Positions 44,372-57,006 of a DNA stretch of 64,000 nucleotides are shown here, one piece after another. The stretch comes from an uncultured Francisella sp. (lineage in GTDB: Bacteria; Pseudomonadota; Gammaproteobacteria; Thiomicrospirales; Thiomicrospiraceae). A program made the translations under genes and the position numbers. The notes beneath the pieces were generated by a model. That model made no database searches, was not told where the DNA came from, and saw nothing but the letters and a program-made list of their open reading frames with translations. How positions within the stretch are numbered: the stretch's first letter is position 1; every line of letters starts with the position of its first letter. The stretch lies in the NCBI GenBank assembly GCA_964416645.1, contig CAYQEZ010000002.1:2444-66443 (forward strand), given 5' to 3'.

Positions 44372-45721
44372 GTGATAAGCATAAAAAAAGTGTTTTCTTT
44401 ATTGTTAGTGGCAGGGTTAAGCCCTGTTTATGCCAGCAATCTTACCCAGTTTCAGTTAGATAACGGCTTAATGGTCATGGTGAAAGAAGACAAGCGAGCC
44501 CCAGTCGTCACTTCACAAGTTTGGTATAAAGTGGGTGCGAGTTACGAGCCTGACGGCGTGACGGGTGTTTCGCACATGCTTGAACACATGATGTTTAAGG
44601 GTACACAAAACCTAAAACCGGGTGAGCTGTCTAAAATTATTGCCCGTTTAGGCGGCAGTGAAAATGCCTTTACCAGTCAAGATTACACTGCTTACTTTCA
44701 AACTATTCATAAAGATCATCTTAAGCGTATGCTGGAATTAGAAGCAGAGCGCATGCAGAGCCTAAAGTTAGATGATGCCGAGTTTCAGAAAGAGCGTAAG
44801 GTGGTGTTAGAAGAACGACGCATGAGGGTAGAGGATCAACCGACATCGCGATTGCGAGAGCGATTTGAGGCAGTTGCCTATGATACCAATCCTTATCGTC
44901 GTCCTGTGATTGGTTGGCAACAGGATATTGAACATTATCAGCTTGCGGATTTGCAAGTTTGGTACGACCGTCATTATGCGCCCAACAATGCCGCTCTGGT
45001 TGTGGTGGGTGACGTTGATGCCGCTAGTGTGCGTGTGATGCTGAATGAAACCCTTGCTAAGGTGCCTGCTCGTTCTTTAGACAGTGCAAAAAAAGTGGCA
45101 AACTTGCCTCCTGTGGGTGAAAAACGGTTAGTGATGAGTGATGAGCGCGCCAAAGTACCCAGTTTGCTGATGGGTTTTGCTGTGCCTTCTTGGAATACAA
45201 GCGATGACAAGTCGCAAGCCTATGCCTTAGAAATGTTGGCGCATGTGTTAGATGCGGGTAACAGCAGTCGTTTGAGTAAGGAATTGGTGCGTGGCAGTCA
45301 GCAGCTTAGCCAAGCAGGTGCTGGCTACGATTTGTATGCGCGTTTACCGACTCAATTTGTTTTGTCTGCAGTGCCAGCAGAGGGGGTAACGCTAGCGCAA
45401 GCAGAGGCGGCCTTGCGTCAGTCGATTGCGCGTATTGTTGAAAAAGGCGTGACGCAGGAAGAGTTAAAACGTGTGTTAGCTCAGGTTGAAGCGGCGGAAG
45501 TTTACCAGCAAGACTCGTTGTTTTTTCAAGGTATGAAATTGGGGCAAGCCTTCACCCTAGGTGTACCCACAGCAGAAATAGATGCTTATTTGATGCGATT
45601 GGCACAGGTGACGCCTGAGCAGGTGCAGCAAGCGGCCAAAAATTGGTTGGTCACTGAGCGCATGACCGTGGCTTATTTGCAGCCCAAGGCAACGGACACA
45701 ATGGCTAGAGGAGGTAAGTAA
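44372..45721 (+). CDS. M16-family zinc peptidase (catalytic subunit)
   Basis: Inverted zinc motif HMLEHMMFKG (HxxEH) and a signal peptide. GTG start 6 nt after AAGGAG. Confidence 0.88.
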   Translation: MISIKKVFSLLLVAGLSPVYASNLTQFQLDNGLMVMVKEDKRAPVVTSQVWYKVGASYEPDGVTGVSHMLEHMMFKGTQNLKPGELSKIIARLGGSENAFTSQDYTAYFQTIHKDHLKRMLELEAERMQSLKLDDAEFQKERKVVLEERRMRVEDQPTSRLRERFEAVAYDTNPYRRPVIGWQQDIEHYQLADLQVWYDRHYAPNNAALVVVGDVDAASVRVMLNETLAKVPARSLDSAKKVANLPPVGEKRLVMSDERAKVPSLLMGFAVPSWNTSDDKSQAYALEMLAHVLDAGNSSRLSKELVRGSQQLSQAGAGYDLYARLPTQFVLSAVPAEGVTLAQAEAALRQSIARIVEKGVTQEELKRVLAQVEAAEVYQQDSLFFQGMKLGQAFTLGVPTAEIDAYLMRLAQVTPEQVQQAAKNWLVTERMTVAYLQPKATDTMARGGK

Positions 45722-45789
45722 GCATGAAAAAGATGACTGTGTTAGGGATGCTCTGTAAAGTACAAAAGGGTTGGGTGTGTGGGGGATGT

Positions 45790-47156
45790 ATGAATAAAAA
45801 GCGAAGCGCATTATTCGTATCTTCCTTAGTTGTTGTTGGTTGGTTAGTCGCACTGCCTACTTTCGCTGCGTTACAAATTGAAACTTGGCAAACGCCCAAA
45901 GGTGCCACAGTGCTTTATGCTTATGCACCAGAATTGCCAATGGTGGATGTTCGGATTGTATTTGATGCCGGATCAGCAAGAGATACAGACAAAAAAGGGG
46001 TTGCTTATCTAACCAATCAGTTAATTGGTCAAGGAGATGCACAAGGTGATGAAGAGCGATTTGCCGAAGAGAGTGACGGCTTGGGTTTGCAGTTTTCTAC
46101 GCAAGCCTTAAAAGACATGGCTGTTATTAATATACGCAGTCTAACGCGAGCGGATGTGCTTGAGCCTGCCTTGGCTTTGTCGGCGTCAGCCATTAGTAAG
46201 CCGTTATTTAGCGAAGCGGTGTTAAAGCGTGAAAAAGCACAATTGTTAACGCAATTACAGGCTAAACAACAGTCGGCTTCTGCTCTGGCAAGAGATGCAT
46301 TTTGGCAACAGCTTTACGGTCAACATCCTTATGCTTATGCCAGTGAAGGAACGCTAGATTCTGTGAAAACCATCACCAGTGCAGACTTGAAACAGTTTTA
46401 TCGTCGTTATTACACAGCAACAAATGCCGTAGTGGCGATTGTTGGTCAGGTCGATAAGGTTAAGGCACAAGCGATGGCCATTCAATTGGTGGACAGTTTG
46501 CCACAGGGGCAAACAGTGCCAGTAGTTGCAGCGGTCACCGCACCCGTTGCAGGCATGAAACAAATTGATTACCCTGCCAGTCAAACTCAAGTTTTGATGG
46601 GTCAATTGGGCGTACATCGTTTAGATGCAGATTATATTCCACTGTATGTCGCTAACCATATTTTGGGCGGTTCTGGTTTTGCTTCACGTTTAATGGAAGA
46701 GGTGAGAGAGAAACGCGGCTTGGTTTATGGCGTCTCTTCTGCGCTTATCCCGATGCGTCAACAAGGTCCGTGGATGTTATCGCTGCAAACAGCGACGAAT
46801 AACGCACCCGAGGCCTTGGCTGTGGTTAAAGATACGCTGGCTGGATTGTTGGCAGACATTCCTGAATCTGAATTGCAGGAGCACAAAGATAACATCATTG
46901 GTAGTTTCGCTTTAGAAACAGACAGTAATAAAGACATAGTCGGTTACTTAGCGATGATGGGCTTTTACCAGTTACCACTCACTTGGATGGAAGATTTTCC
47001 CAAACAAGTCGCAGCACTAGATCGACAGCAATTGTTAGCGGTGGTCCGCCGTCATTTAAAGCCAGAGCAATGGACGGGCATTTTATTGGGTAAACCTGCA
47101 GACACTCAAGCTGGTGCTAAGGTATTGCCAGTAACACCTAAAATGATGCATCAATA

Positions 47157-47157
<1 letters not shown>
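45790..47157 (+). CDS. M16-family peptidase-like protein (no HxxEH motif)
   Basis: M16 fold similarity, but the zinc-motif position reads AYLTNQL. Signal peptide from MNKKRSALFV...TFAA. Partner of the upstream gene. Confidence 0.85.
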
Positions 47158-49055
<1,898 letters not shown>

Positions 49056-49066
49056 CCATTTATTAT

Positions 49067-49957
49067 TCAGCGCTTATCAACCTGATTCTGGATTTGTTGC
49101 AGTAAGATCGCAATTAAACGTGTATCGTGTTGCGTCATTAGGTTAAATTCAACCAAGGCATAATAAAGCTGATACCAGGGTAATCGTGATTGAGTTTCGC
49201 TAGACAAATCGAGTGGATGATTCCAAATACCAGTCTCTGTCAGTGCATGACGGTTGTGTGCCAGTAACAAAGCCGCTAAATCAACTTCGGCATCGCCATA
49301 ATAACAAGCGGGGTGATAAAAAAAGAGGCCTCCATCACGATGGATACGCACGGGGGCTTGGTAAAGATTACCATGCAATAAGCTTGGTTTGGGGTGATGT
49401 TGCTCAAAGCAGGATTCATAGTGATGACTAAGCAACCCTTCCATTGTGTCGATGAAAGGCTGCGCCAAGCCGTTTTCTTTCGCTTTACGCCATTGGGGTA
49501 ATAGCCTTTGGCTGCGATAAAAACTGGCCCAATCCGTTAACCACTGATTCGACTGTACCAGTCCATTCATATCGTTGGCATGAGCCCAGCCGTAGGCATC
49601 GTGAGGCGATTGTTGGTAGTGCAGACGATGCAACTCAGTGAGCACCTGTTGCGGCTCAGCTATAGTTTGAGATAGTGATTGCCAGTCACTAATAAGCCAA
49701 GCTGTTTTTGACGTTTTGCCCTGTACGACTTGCGTTTGCGTCCTGATACCTGTTTGCTGCAATGCTTCGATATTTTCCTGTTCGCATTCAATCACTGCTT
49801 GATGACGTGCTAGGCAAGTTCTTGCCCAATAATGCTGATCACTGTTGGTGGTCAGTTGCCAGCTCTGACTGATAGCAGTATTTGATAAAGGACTCGCAGC
49901 AGTGATCTCGTTTAGTCTGGCGTGTTGCGCAATCTGGTGCCACTCAGAATAGTTCAT
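49067..49957 (-). CDS. Fructosamine/ketosamine kinase family protein (catalytic residues substituted)
   Basis: Family pattern PSLLHGNLYQ...YHPACYYGDAEVDLA, versus the LLHGDLW.GN...DPA.YYG..E.DLA as I recall it. Start set at the ATG at 49957, overlapping the mrcA 3-prime end by 14 nt. Confidence 0.7.
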   Translation of the reverse strand: MNYSEWHQIAQHARLNEITAASPLSNTAISQSWQLTTNSDQHYWARTCLARHQAVIECEQENIEALQQTGIRTQTQVVQGKTSKTAWLISDWQSLSQTIAEPQQVLTELHRLHYQQSPHDAYGWAHANDMNGLVQSNQWLTDWASFYRSQRLLPQWRKAKENGLAQPFIDTMEGLLSHHYESCFEQHHPKPSLLHGNLYQAPVRIHRDGGLFFYHPACYYGDAEVDLAALLLAHNRHALTETGIWNHPLDLSSETQSRLPWYQLYYALVEFNLMTQHDTRLIAILLQQIQNQVDKR

Positions 49958-52436
49958 GTTGCAGTTCGCGCAAAGGATCTGGTTGAGAAATGGCTGGCAG
50001 GTTGTTTTGGTCGAAAAATTCGTTGATACCACCAGATTGCCCATCTGGTAAGAGTTCGCCGGTATTGCTATCAATACGTCGAACAATGATACTGTCTGGT
50101 TTGACATAGCCAACATCGGGTTTGTCTTTCAGTGCAAGGCGCATGAAATCAATCCAGATTGGTAAGGCAGATGAACCGCCTGATTCTTGCTTGCCCATGC
50201 TGATGGGTTGATCAAAGCCCATCCACACGCCAGTTACGATATCAGGGTTAAAGCCAACGAACCAAGTGTCTTTAATGTCATTAGTCGTGCCTGTTTTACC
50301 CGCCAAATCGTTGCGTTTCAGTACCATGGCTCCATGAGCTGTTCCCATGCGAACCACATCTTGCATCATACTGGTGGTAAGGAATTGTGTTTCGGGTGAA
50401 ATGACGCGCGCAGCCGTTCCTTCTGGACAATCAATTTCACAAAACTTAGGGGGTTCGGCATTGAAGATGGGTTGATCTTTAGCATCTAATACTTGTTGTA
50501 CAAAGTAGGGCTTGATTTGATAACCGCCATTAGCAAACATGGCATAGTGTCCTGTGTGTTCTAAGACACTGGTGCTGCTGGTGCCTAAGGCAATAGAGAG
50601 ATTGCGAATGGTGGACATTTCTTTGGTATCCATGCCAGTACGCTGTGCAAACTCCATAAAGTAGTCAATGCCAATGTCTTGCATAATACGAATGGAAACG
50701 AGGTTAAGCGAATGCACTAAGGCGACACGCATGCGCGTTGGTCCGCCAAATTTTCTGTTGTAGTTTTCTGGACGCCAGTAGTCTTCACTATATTCGTCAT
50801 ATTGACTGATGGGCGCATCGTTAATGATGGTAGCAGGGGTATAGCCTTTATCAATTGCCGCCGCATAAAGGAAAGGCTTAAAGCTAGAGCCAGGCTGACG
50901 TCTGGCTTGAGTGGCTCGATTAAAATGATTGCGCGCTTCATCAAAGCCACCTGAAATGGCTAATAAGGCACCAGTTTTACTATCAATACTGACGATAGCT
51001 GCTTGAATGCGAGGCGCTTGCGCCAGTCGGTAACTCTTATCTGATAGCGGTTCGACATAGATCACATCACCCGCTTGCAGATAGCTTTTACGATTAGGGG
51101 CTTTGAAGTTGCGCGCCCATTCGCTGTCTTTAGCGTCCAAGTTGATGGAGGTACCGTCTTTTAATTTAACTTGAGCAATCTTGGTTTTATCATTCCAGTC
51201 GGTAACTAAGGCAAGTTTAATGACATCGGGTTCTATCAGTTCTTTCGCTGAAAGAGGCCATTGGGCTTGTTGGCTAGCATCGAAGCTAGCAACAGGACCA
51301 CGATAACCATGACGACGTTCGTATGCCAGTACACCAGTATTAATGGCAGCTTGTGCTTGTTTTTCTAATTCAGAGTTGACAGTGGTGATGATTTTAAGCC
51401 CTTGCTCTAATGCGCCTTCGCCATAGCGTTCTACTGCCAATAAACGCACCATTTCAGCTAAGTGTTCTGCGTGCACTTCAACTTGTGCAGTATATAGTTT
51501 GGATTCAACGGGTTTGGCTTGTGCTTCAGTGCGTTGCGCTTCAGTGATATAGCCCAGCTCTGCCATGCGACGCAGTACATAATCGCGACGGTTTTTAGCG
51601 GCTTCGGGATTGGCAACGGGATTGAGTGTTGAAGGGGCTTTGGGCAGACCAGCTAATAAGGCATATTCATCGACGGTCAGCTGATCGATTGTGCGACCAA
51701 AATAGGTTTGTGCTGCGGCTGCAAAACCATAAGAACGTTGCCCTAAGAAGATTTTATTCATGTATAAAGCCAGAATTTCTTCTTTGCTGAGCTCTCTTTC
51801 AATATTTAACGATAGGACAATTTCATTGATTTTACGCATGAAAGATTTTTCAGGCGTCAAAAAGAAGTTGCGTGCTACCTGCATAGTAATCGTAGAACCG
51901 CCTTGGCTTTTACTTCCTGTTTTAGCTAATTCTAATGCGGCTCGAAGAAGGCCTTGATAATCGACACCGGGATGTTCAAAAAAGCGGTCATCTTCCGAGG
52001 CCAGAATGGCTTGTACCATTTGGGGCGGGAATTGTTCATAGCTGAGCGGGATACGTTTTTTTTCACCATATTCAGCAATCAACTTCATATCGTTAGTGTA
52101 AACGCGTAAGGGAACTTGCATTTGAATATGTTTAAGTTCCGCAACGTTAGGCAGGGTCGGGTAAACACTGGTCCAATAAGTGTAAGCGGCAAAACCGATA
52201 AACGATGTGAAGGCGAATAGAGCCAATAGCATCAGCACGATCAACGTCTTTAACCAACGTGATAGGGTTTTTTTTACGGGCTGTGCTGGTGTAGGACGTT
52301 GATGTGTTGTTTCGTCATCGACGTTTAACGAAGCACTGTGTGCAATCGGGAATTCATCATCGAATAGACTATGTTCTTTTTTAACGGCGGTGTTACGCGG
52401 TTTTTTGCTGTTGTTGGGTGGTAGCACACGTTCCAT
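49944..52436 (-). CDS. mrcA: Penicillin-binding protein 1A (bifunctional glycosyltransferase/transpeptidase)
   Basis: GT51 motifs (EDDRFFEHPGVD, GGSTITMQVARN, RKINE) and transpeptidase motifs (SSFKP, SLN, KTGTTN). Confidence 0.94.
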   Translation of the reverse strand: MERVLPPNNSKKPRNTAVKKEHSLFDDEFPIAHSASLNVDDETTHQRPTPAQPVKKTLSRWLKTLIVLMLLALFAFTSFIGFAAYTYWTSVYPTLPNVAELKHIQMQVPLRVYTNDMKLIAEYGEKKRIPLSYEQFPPQMVQAILASEDDRFFEHPGVDYQGLLRAALELAKTGSKSQGGSTITMQVARNFFLTPEKSFMRKINEIVLSLNIERELSKEEILALYMNKIFLGQRSYGFAAAAQTYFGRTIDQLTVDEYALLAGLPKAPSTLNPVANPEAAKNRRDYVLRRMAELGYITEAQRTEAQAKPVESKLYTAQVEVHAEHLAEMVRLLAVERYGEGALEQGLKIITTVNSELEKQAQAAINTGVLAYERRHGYRGPVASFDASQQAQWPLSAKELIEPDVIKLALVTDWNDKTKIAQVKLKDGTSINLDAKDSEWARNFKAPNRKSYLQAGDVIYVEPLSDKSYRLAQAPRIQAAIVSIDSKTGALLAISGGFDEARNHFNRATQARRQPGSSFKPFLYAAAIDKGYTPATIINDAPISQYDEYSEDYWRPENYNRKFGGPTRMRVALVHSLNLVSIRIMQDIGIDYFMEFAQRTGMDTKEMSTIRNLSIALGTSSTSVLEHTGHYAMFANGGYQIKPYFVQQVLDAKDQPIFNAEPPKFCEIDCPEGTAARVISPETQFLTTSMMQDVVRMGTAHGAMVLKRNDLAGKTGTTNDIKDTWFVGFNPDIVTGVWMGFDQPISMGKQESGGSSALPIWIDFMRLALKDKPDVGYVKPDSIIVRRIDSNTGELLPDGQSGGINEFFDQNNLPAISQPDPLRELQHELF

Positions 52437-52495
52437 GGTGATCTCGTTGACTGTTTAATGGCTATATTATGCCAGAAGAGCGATTAAACCATAAT

Positions 52496-52523
52496 AAAAA
52501 ACCCCGACAAGTCGGGGTTTTTT
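52496..52523 (-). terminator. Rho-independent terminator after the small membrane-protein gene
   Basis: AAAAACCCCGAC-AA-GTCGGGGTTTTTT, flanked by A/T runs on both sides. Confidence 0.8.
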
Positions 52524-52545
52524 GATGCTCAATGACTAGGTTAGC

Positions 52546-52761
52546 TTAAGCTTTCTTATTTGAGTAACGACCTGTTTTGATGTCGCTCCACAATAAGAAC
52601 ATAGTCATGCCAACAATGGTGGCGATGGCAGCTGCTGTGCCAATGGTGCCAACCACAACCGCAATACTGCTAGGCAATAGGTCAAAATAAATGCCTAGAA
52701 TAACTGCGAAGGGTATCACAACAGCTACCACAACAAAGGCTAAAAATTTCAATAAATTCAT
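52546..52761 (-). CDS. Small two-helix membrane protein (hypothetical)
   Basis: 71-aa ORF with GGAGA 8 nt upstream of the ATG, two hydrophobic helices, and its own terminator. Confidence 0.6.
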   Translation of the reverse strand: MNLLKFLAFVVVAVVIPFAVILGIYFDLLPSSIAVVVGTIGTAAAIATIVGMTMFLLWSDIKTGRYSNKKA

Positions 52762-52851
52762 TTTGTATTCTCCATGACTTTCGTTGTTATGGGTTAAACT
52801 ATACCTTAAGCAAGCATCAATAACAAGTATTAAGACTTGATTTGAGATAAG

Positions 52852-53712
52852 TTATTCTAAGTTTTGAATTTGCTCGCGCATTTGTTCTATCAGTACTTTG
52901 AGGGCAAGGCTGACTTGTGTGATGTCCATTGTACAGGCCTTGGCACCTAAGGTATTGGCTTCGCGGTTCAATTCTTGCATTAAGAAGTCTAAACGGCGAC
53001 CGATGGGTTCGTGTTTTTTCAAAATAGTGAAAATTTCTCTCAAGTGCGTCGATAAGCGATCAATCTCTTCCGTTACGTCGCTGCGTTGTGCTAAGAGCAC
53101 CACTTCTTGAGACCAACGACCTTCGTCTAATTCACCTGCCAGATCGCGCACGCGCACGCGCAAACTATCAATATGACGACGAATGATTTCTGGTGCCATG
53201 CGCTGGAGGTTTTCAACCAATTTCAGCGCTGCTTCGGCACGTTGATGCATGATTTCAGCTAAAGCCACACCCTCACGATCACGCGCGGCATTGAGTGCGT
53301 CAATCGCTTCATCACAGGTGGCGATGATGGCTTGTTCCAGTTCGTCCCCATCTCCAGAACTATTTTGTACAATACCAGGCCACGCCAGAATGCTCATAGG
53401 ATCAATTGGAGCTGTTCCTGGAACTGACTGTTGAATTTGTCCCAATAGGTTAGCAACCTGTCCCAATCGATCCTTGTCTAACAAAGCGCTATCAGCATTA
53501 GGCAATAACTGCAACTTCAGGGTAGCTTCGACTTTGCCACGGCTAAGCTTTTCGCGCAAACGCTCGCGTACCATCATTTCGACGTGGCGCACTTCTTCTG
53601 GCATACGCACAAAGACTTCTAGAAAGCGATGGTTGACCGATTTGATTTCCCAGACAAGACCGCCGTTAGGTAGGGTCTTACTGGCACGGGCAAATGCCGT
53701 CATACTTCGCAT
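52852..53712 (-). CDS. YicC-family stress-induced protein
   Basis: MRSMTAFAR N-terminus, EIKSVNHRFLE, and a C-terminal REQIQNLE pattern typical of YicC. Confidence 0.9.
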   Translation of the reverse strand: MRSMTAFARASKTLPNGGLVWEIKSVNHRFLEVFVRMPEEVRHVEMMVRERLREKLSRGKVEATLKLQLLPNADSALLDKDRLGQVANLLGQIQQSVPGTAPIDPMSILAWPGIVQNSSGDGDELEQAIIATCDEAIDALNAARDREGVALAEIMHQRAEAALKLVENLQRMAPEIIRRHIDSLRVRVRDLAGELDEGRWSQEVVLLAQRSDVTEEIDRLSTHLREIFTILKKHEPIGRRLDFLMQELNREANTLGAKACTMDITQVSLALKVLIEQMREQIQNLE

Positions 53713-53833
53713 GTTAGTATCCTAAAATTGATCTTATAAAATTGAAGAGGCTTTATATCCTATAGATTGTAACCAAATTTTCATCTTGTGGCTATAATTA
53801 ATGCCATTAAATCACAATTATTAACGGTTCCTT

Positions 53834-54601
53834 ATGACTTTATCACAACCTTTATCAGGCATTTCATCTGTTGTTCGTCCTAGTTTGCGTCAGCCAAATC
53901 AACTGAGAGCCGTATCCATTACCCCCAGCTTTACCATGCACGCTGAAGGATCGGTATTGATTTGCTTCGGCAATACAAAAGTGATCTGTACGGCCTCGGT
54001 GGAAGAGAAAGTTCCTCCTTTTTTACGTGGTAAAGGTCAGGGTTGGGTTACAGCAGAGTATGGTATGTTGCCACGTTCAACTTCAACACGTATGGATCGT
54101 GAAGCAGCACGAGGTAAACAACAGGGGCGCACGCAAGAAATTCAACGCTTAATTGGACGTTCCTTACGTGCAGCAGTGGACTTAACGCAGTTGGGTGAAC
54201 GCACCATTACCATTGACTGCGATGTGATTCAGGCCGATGGGGGTACGCGTACAGCGGCCATTACGGGTGGTTTTGTCGCCTTATCTTTAGCAATACAATC
54301 GCTAATTAAGTCGGGTGCTTTATTGACCAATCCTATTGTGCATCAAGTAGGGTCTGTTTCGGTCGGCATCGTTAATCATCAGGTCGTGCTCGACTTGGAT
54401 TATGCCGAAGATTCGAGCGCACAAACGGATATGAATGTTGTTATGGTTGACGATGGTCGTTTTATTGAAGTGCAGGGAACCGCCGAAGATGAACCTTATA
54501 CGCTTAATGAATTGCAAGCCATGTTAGCCTTAGCTCAGCAAGGTATTCATGAGCTTTTTGTGCTACAGCGTCAAGTATTAGCCAAGGAGAGCCATTCATG
54601 A
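53834..54601 (+). CDS. rph: Ribonuclease PH
   Basis: [46 protein letters not shown]. Confidence 0.93.
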   Translation: MTLSQPLSGISSVVRPSLRQPNQLRAVSITPSFTMHAEGSVLICFGNTKVICTASVEEKVPPFLRGKGQGWVTAEYGMLPRSTSTRMDREAARGKQQGRTQEIQRLIGRSLRAAVDLTQLGERTITIDCDVIQADGGTRTAAITGGFVALSLAIQSLIKSGALLTNPIVHQVGSVSVGIVNHQVVLDLDYAEDSSAQTDMNVVMVDDGRFIEVQGTAEDEPYTLNELQAMLALAQQGIHELFVLQRQVLAKESHS

Positions 54602-55182
54602 AGTGTGTGTTGGCTTCAGGTAATGCAAAAAAAGCGAAAGAATTAACCGAACTCTTGGCGCATAAAGGTTGGAAAATCAGTCTGCAAAGTGAGCTGGGTG
54701 TGATTCAACCAGCAGAAGATGGATTGACCTTTGTGGAAAATGCGTTGATTAAAGCCAGAGCGGCGTGTGAGCAAACTGGCTTGCCAGCCATTGCCGACGA
54801 CTCGGGTTTAGTCGTGCCAGCGTTACAAGGATCGCCTGGCATCTATTCGGCACGCTTTGCGGGTGAGGCGGCCAGTGATGCAGAGAATAATACTAAGCTT
54901 CTATCAGTGATGCGCAATTTGGTGGATGAGCAGCGCGATGCCTATTTTGTTAGCGTCATTGTTTTTTTGCGTCATGCACAAGACCCATTGCCGATCATTG
55001 CTAAGGGTTTATGGCATGGTCGCATTTTGCACCAAGCCGTTGGTGAGGGTGGTTTTGGCTATGATCCGCTGTTTTGGGTGCCGACTCATGGTTGTGCCAG
55101 TGCTCAATTACCCACTGAAGTCAAACAACCTATCAGTCATCGTGGATTAGCGATGGCAAGCTTATTGGCTCAATTGTCGTGA
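54598..55182 (+). CDS. rdgB: dITP/XTP pyrophosphatase (RdgB/HAM1 family)
   Basis: ASGNAKK..E, E.G.TF.ENA.IKA, ADDSGL, GFGYDP.F, SHR. Confidence 0.92.
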   Translation: MKCVLASGNAKKAKELTELLAHKGWKISLQSELGVIQPAEDGLTFVENALIKARAACEQTGLPAIADDSGLVVPALQGSPGIYSARFAGEAASDAENNTKLLSVMRNLVDEQRDAYFVSVIVFLRHAQDPLPIIAKGLWHGRILHQAVGEGGFGYDPLFWVPTHGCASAQLPTEVKQPISHRGLAMASLLAQLS

Positions 55183-56339
55183 TGTCAACCTTGGTGATGG
55201 CGGATATTCCGTTATCCGTTTATGTGCATTGGCCTTGGTGTGTGCAGAAATGTCCTTATTGTGACTTTAATTCGCATGTCAAACGCGCCGATGATCAGCG
55301 TGCTTACGCGCAAGCCTTGTTAGCAGATTGGCATCAGCAGTTGCCATTGGTTCAGGGACGTGTCATTCGCAGTATTTTTTTTGGTGGCGGAACGCCATCT
55401 CTCGCCCCGCCTTCGGTGATTGCAGCGGTTATTGAGTTGATTGAGCGCACTGCGGGATTGGCTGTAGATTGTGAAATTACCTTAGAAGCCAACCCTGGAA
55501 CGGCGGATGCAGCTAACTTTGCTGGCTATCGAGCAGCGGGCGTGAATCGCTTGTCGTTGGGAGTGCAAAGTTTTGACTCTGAGTTGTTGAAAAAGATAGG
55601 TCGCATTCACGATGGTAACCAAGCCATGCAGGCGATTGAGTTGGCACGTCGTTTGGGATTTGACAATATTAACCTCGATTTAATGGTGGGCTTGCCAGGT
55701 CAAACAGAAGCAACCGCTTTAGCGGATATTGAAACAGCCTTGAATTTTCAACCAGAGCATTTATCGCATTATCAATTAACACTTGAACCCAATACGCCTT
55801 TTTTTGCTCGACCGCCCAAAGACTTGCCTGATGAAGACACGGCAGATAGCCTGCAAGCCTTATCACAACAGCGTTTGTTGGCGGCCGGCTTTAACCGTTA
55901 TGAAGTGTCGGCATGGAGCGCAAGCCAAGACAAAGCCAGTGCGCATAATGTGAACTATTGGCAGTTTGGTGACTATATCGGTATGGGTGCAGGCGCACAT
56001 GGTAAGGTCAGTTTTGCCGATGGGCGTATTCAGCGACGTGAGCAGGCCAAAAGTCCTCAGCGTTATGTTGAAGAGGTTAACGCCGAAAAGGGGGCATTGA
56101 TTCGTGAAATTGAGTCTGCCTCATTGCCTTTTGAATTTCTGATGAATGCCCTGCGCTTGCGTGAAGGGGTTGAGCTATCTTGTTGGGAGCAGAGAACAGG
56201 TTTATCGTTAGACGTATTAGCGCCGATATGGCAACAACAGCAAGTACAGGGGTTAGTACTCGATTGGCAGTCGGGACGTTTAACGACCAGTGATATGGGA
56301 TACCGCTATTTGAACAGTCTACTATCTGTCTGGCTTTAA
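55179..56339 (+). CDS. hemW: Radical SAM heme chaperone HemW (HemN-like, oxygen-independent)
   Basis: YVHWPWCVQKCPYCDFNS (CxxxCxxC), FFGGGTPS, and the typical rph-rdgB-hemW gene order. Confidence 0.9.
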   Translation: MMSTLVMADIPLSVYVHWPWCVQKCPYCDFNSHVKRADDQRAYAQALLADWHQQLPLVQGRVIRSIFFGGGTPSLAPPSVIAAVIELIERTAGLAVDCEITLEANPGTADAANFAGYRAAGVNRLSLGVQSFDSELLKKIGRIHDGNQAMQAIELARRLGFDNINLDLMVGLPGQTEATALADIETALNFQPEHLSHYQLTLEPNTPFFARPPKDLPDEDTADSLQALSQQRLLAAGFNRYEVSAWSASQDKASAHNVNYWQFGDYIGMGAGAHGKVSFADGRIQRREQAKSPQRYVEEVNAEKGALIREIESASLPFEFLMNALRLREGVELSCWEQRTGLSLDVLAPIWQQQQVQGLVLDWQSGRLTTSDMGYRYLNSLLSVWL

Positions 56340-56460
56340 AGCAGTGCTGAGTTAACAAAATAAAAAAGCCGGAGGGTCAAAGACCAACCAGCAATGGGAG
56401 GAGATCGGTTTGAAATCTGATGGCATCGTTAAGTAATGACTTGTCGATGGCGCAGACTTC

Positions 56461-56497
56461 CCATGATGCTGGCTAGGGCATCGTGGTTTTGGTTTTA
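56461..56497 (+). terminator. Candidate terminator downstream of hemW
   Basis: CCATGATGC-N8-GCATCGTGG (one G.U or mismatch), followed by TTTTGGTTTTA. Confidence 0.4.
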
Positions 56498-56920
56498 TTG
56501 CAGTGGGGTAGTTGTGTTGCCCGATAGGTGCATCGCTTCTTCCCATGCTTGTTTGAGTTCGTTCATAATAAGGATGGCGCTCTCTAAATATTCCGTGCCT
56601 GCTTCATGAACGGCTTGTTGAATGCTAAAATCAACATATTCGTAAAGCTCGGCAAAGTTGTAAGCAATGATGTTTTGATCTTTAAACACCAAACGATCCC
56701 GCAACGCATCGACAAGGGTTGTCATGCGACCTAAATGAAAGCCTTTGGCAACTAAATCGCCAGACTCATGACAGTCGCGCGCAGTCGCACCTTTTTCAAC
56801 AGTGCGTTGCAGTAACAGTAAAATGTAGCTGTGTGGATTTTCGCTTAACTCGCTTTCAAGTTGGCGGTTGTATACATATTCGTTCAGTAATGGTGCTGGT
56901 TGAGTGTGTAGTTGTTCCAT
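56495..56920 (-). CDS. FliS-like flagellar export chaperone family protein (tentative)
   Basis: 141 aa. The pattern ...KG..L.R....V.AL...L......I..NF.ELY.YV......A........ES...M.ELKQAWEEA matches the FliS helical bundle as I recall it. Confidence 0.55.
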   Translation of the reverse strand: MEQLHTQPAPLLNEYVYNRQLESELSENPHSYILLLLQRTVEKGATARDCHESGDLVAKGFHLGRMTTLVDALRDRLVFKDQNIIAYNFAELYEYVDFSIQQAVHEAGTEYLESAILIMNELKQAWEEAMHLSGNTTTPLQ

Positions 56921-57006
56921 GATGTTTCGCCTCTTGCGTTAGTCTTGCTGAGATTTAAGCAATCGGTGTGCCAATATTGGTTTTTTGTGAAATGGATGTA
57001 TAAAAA

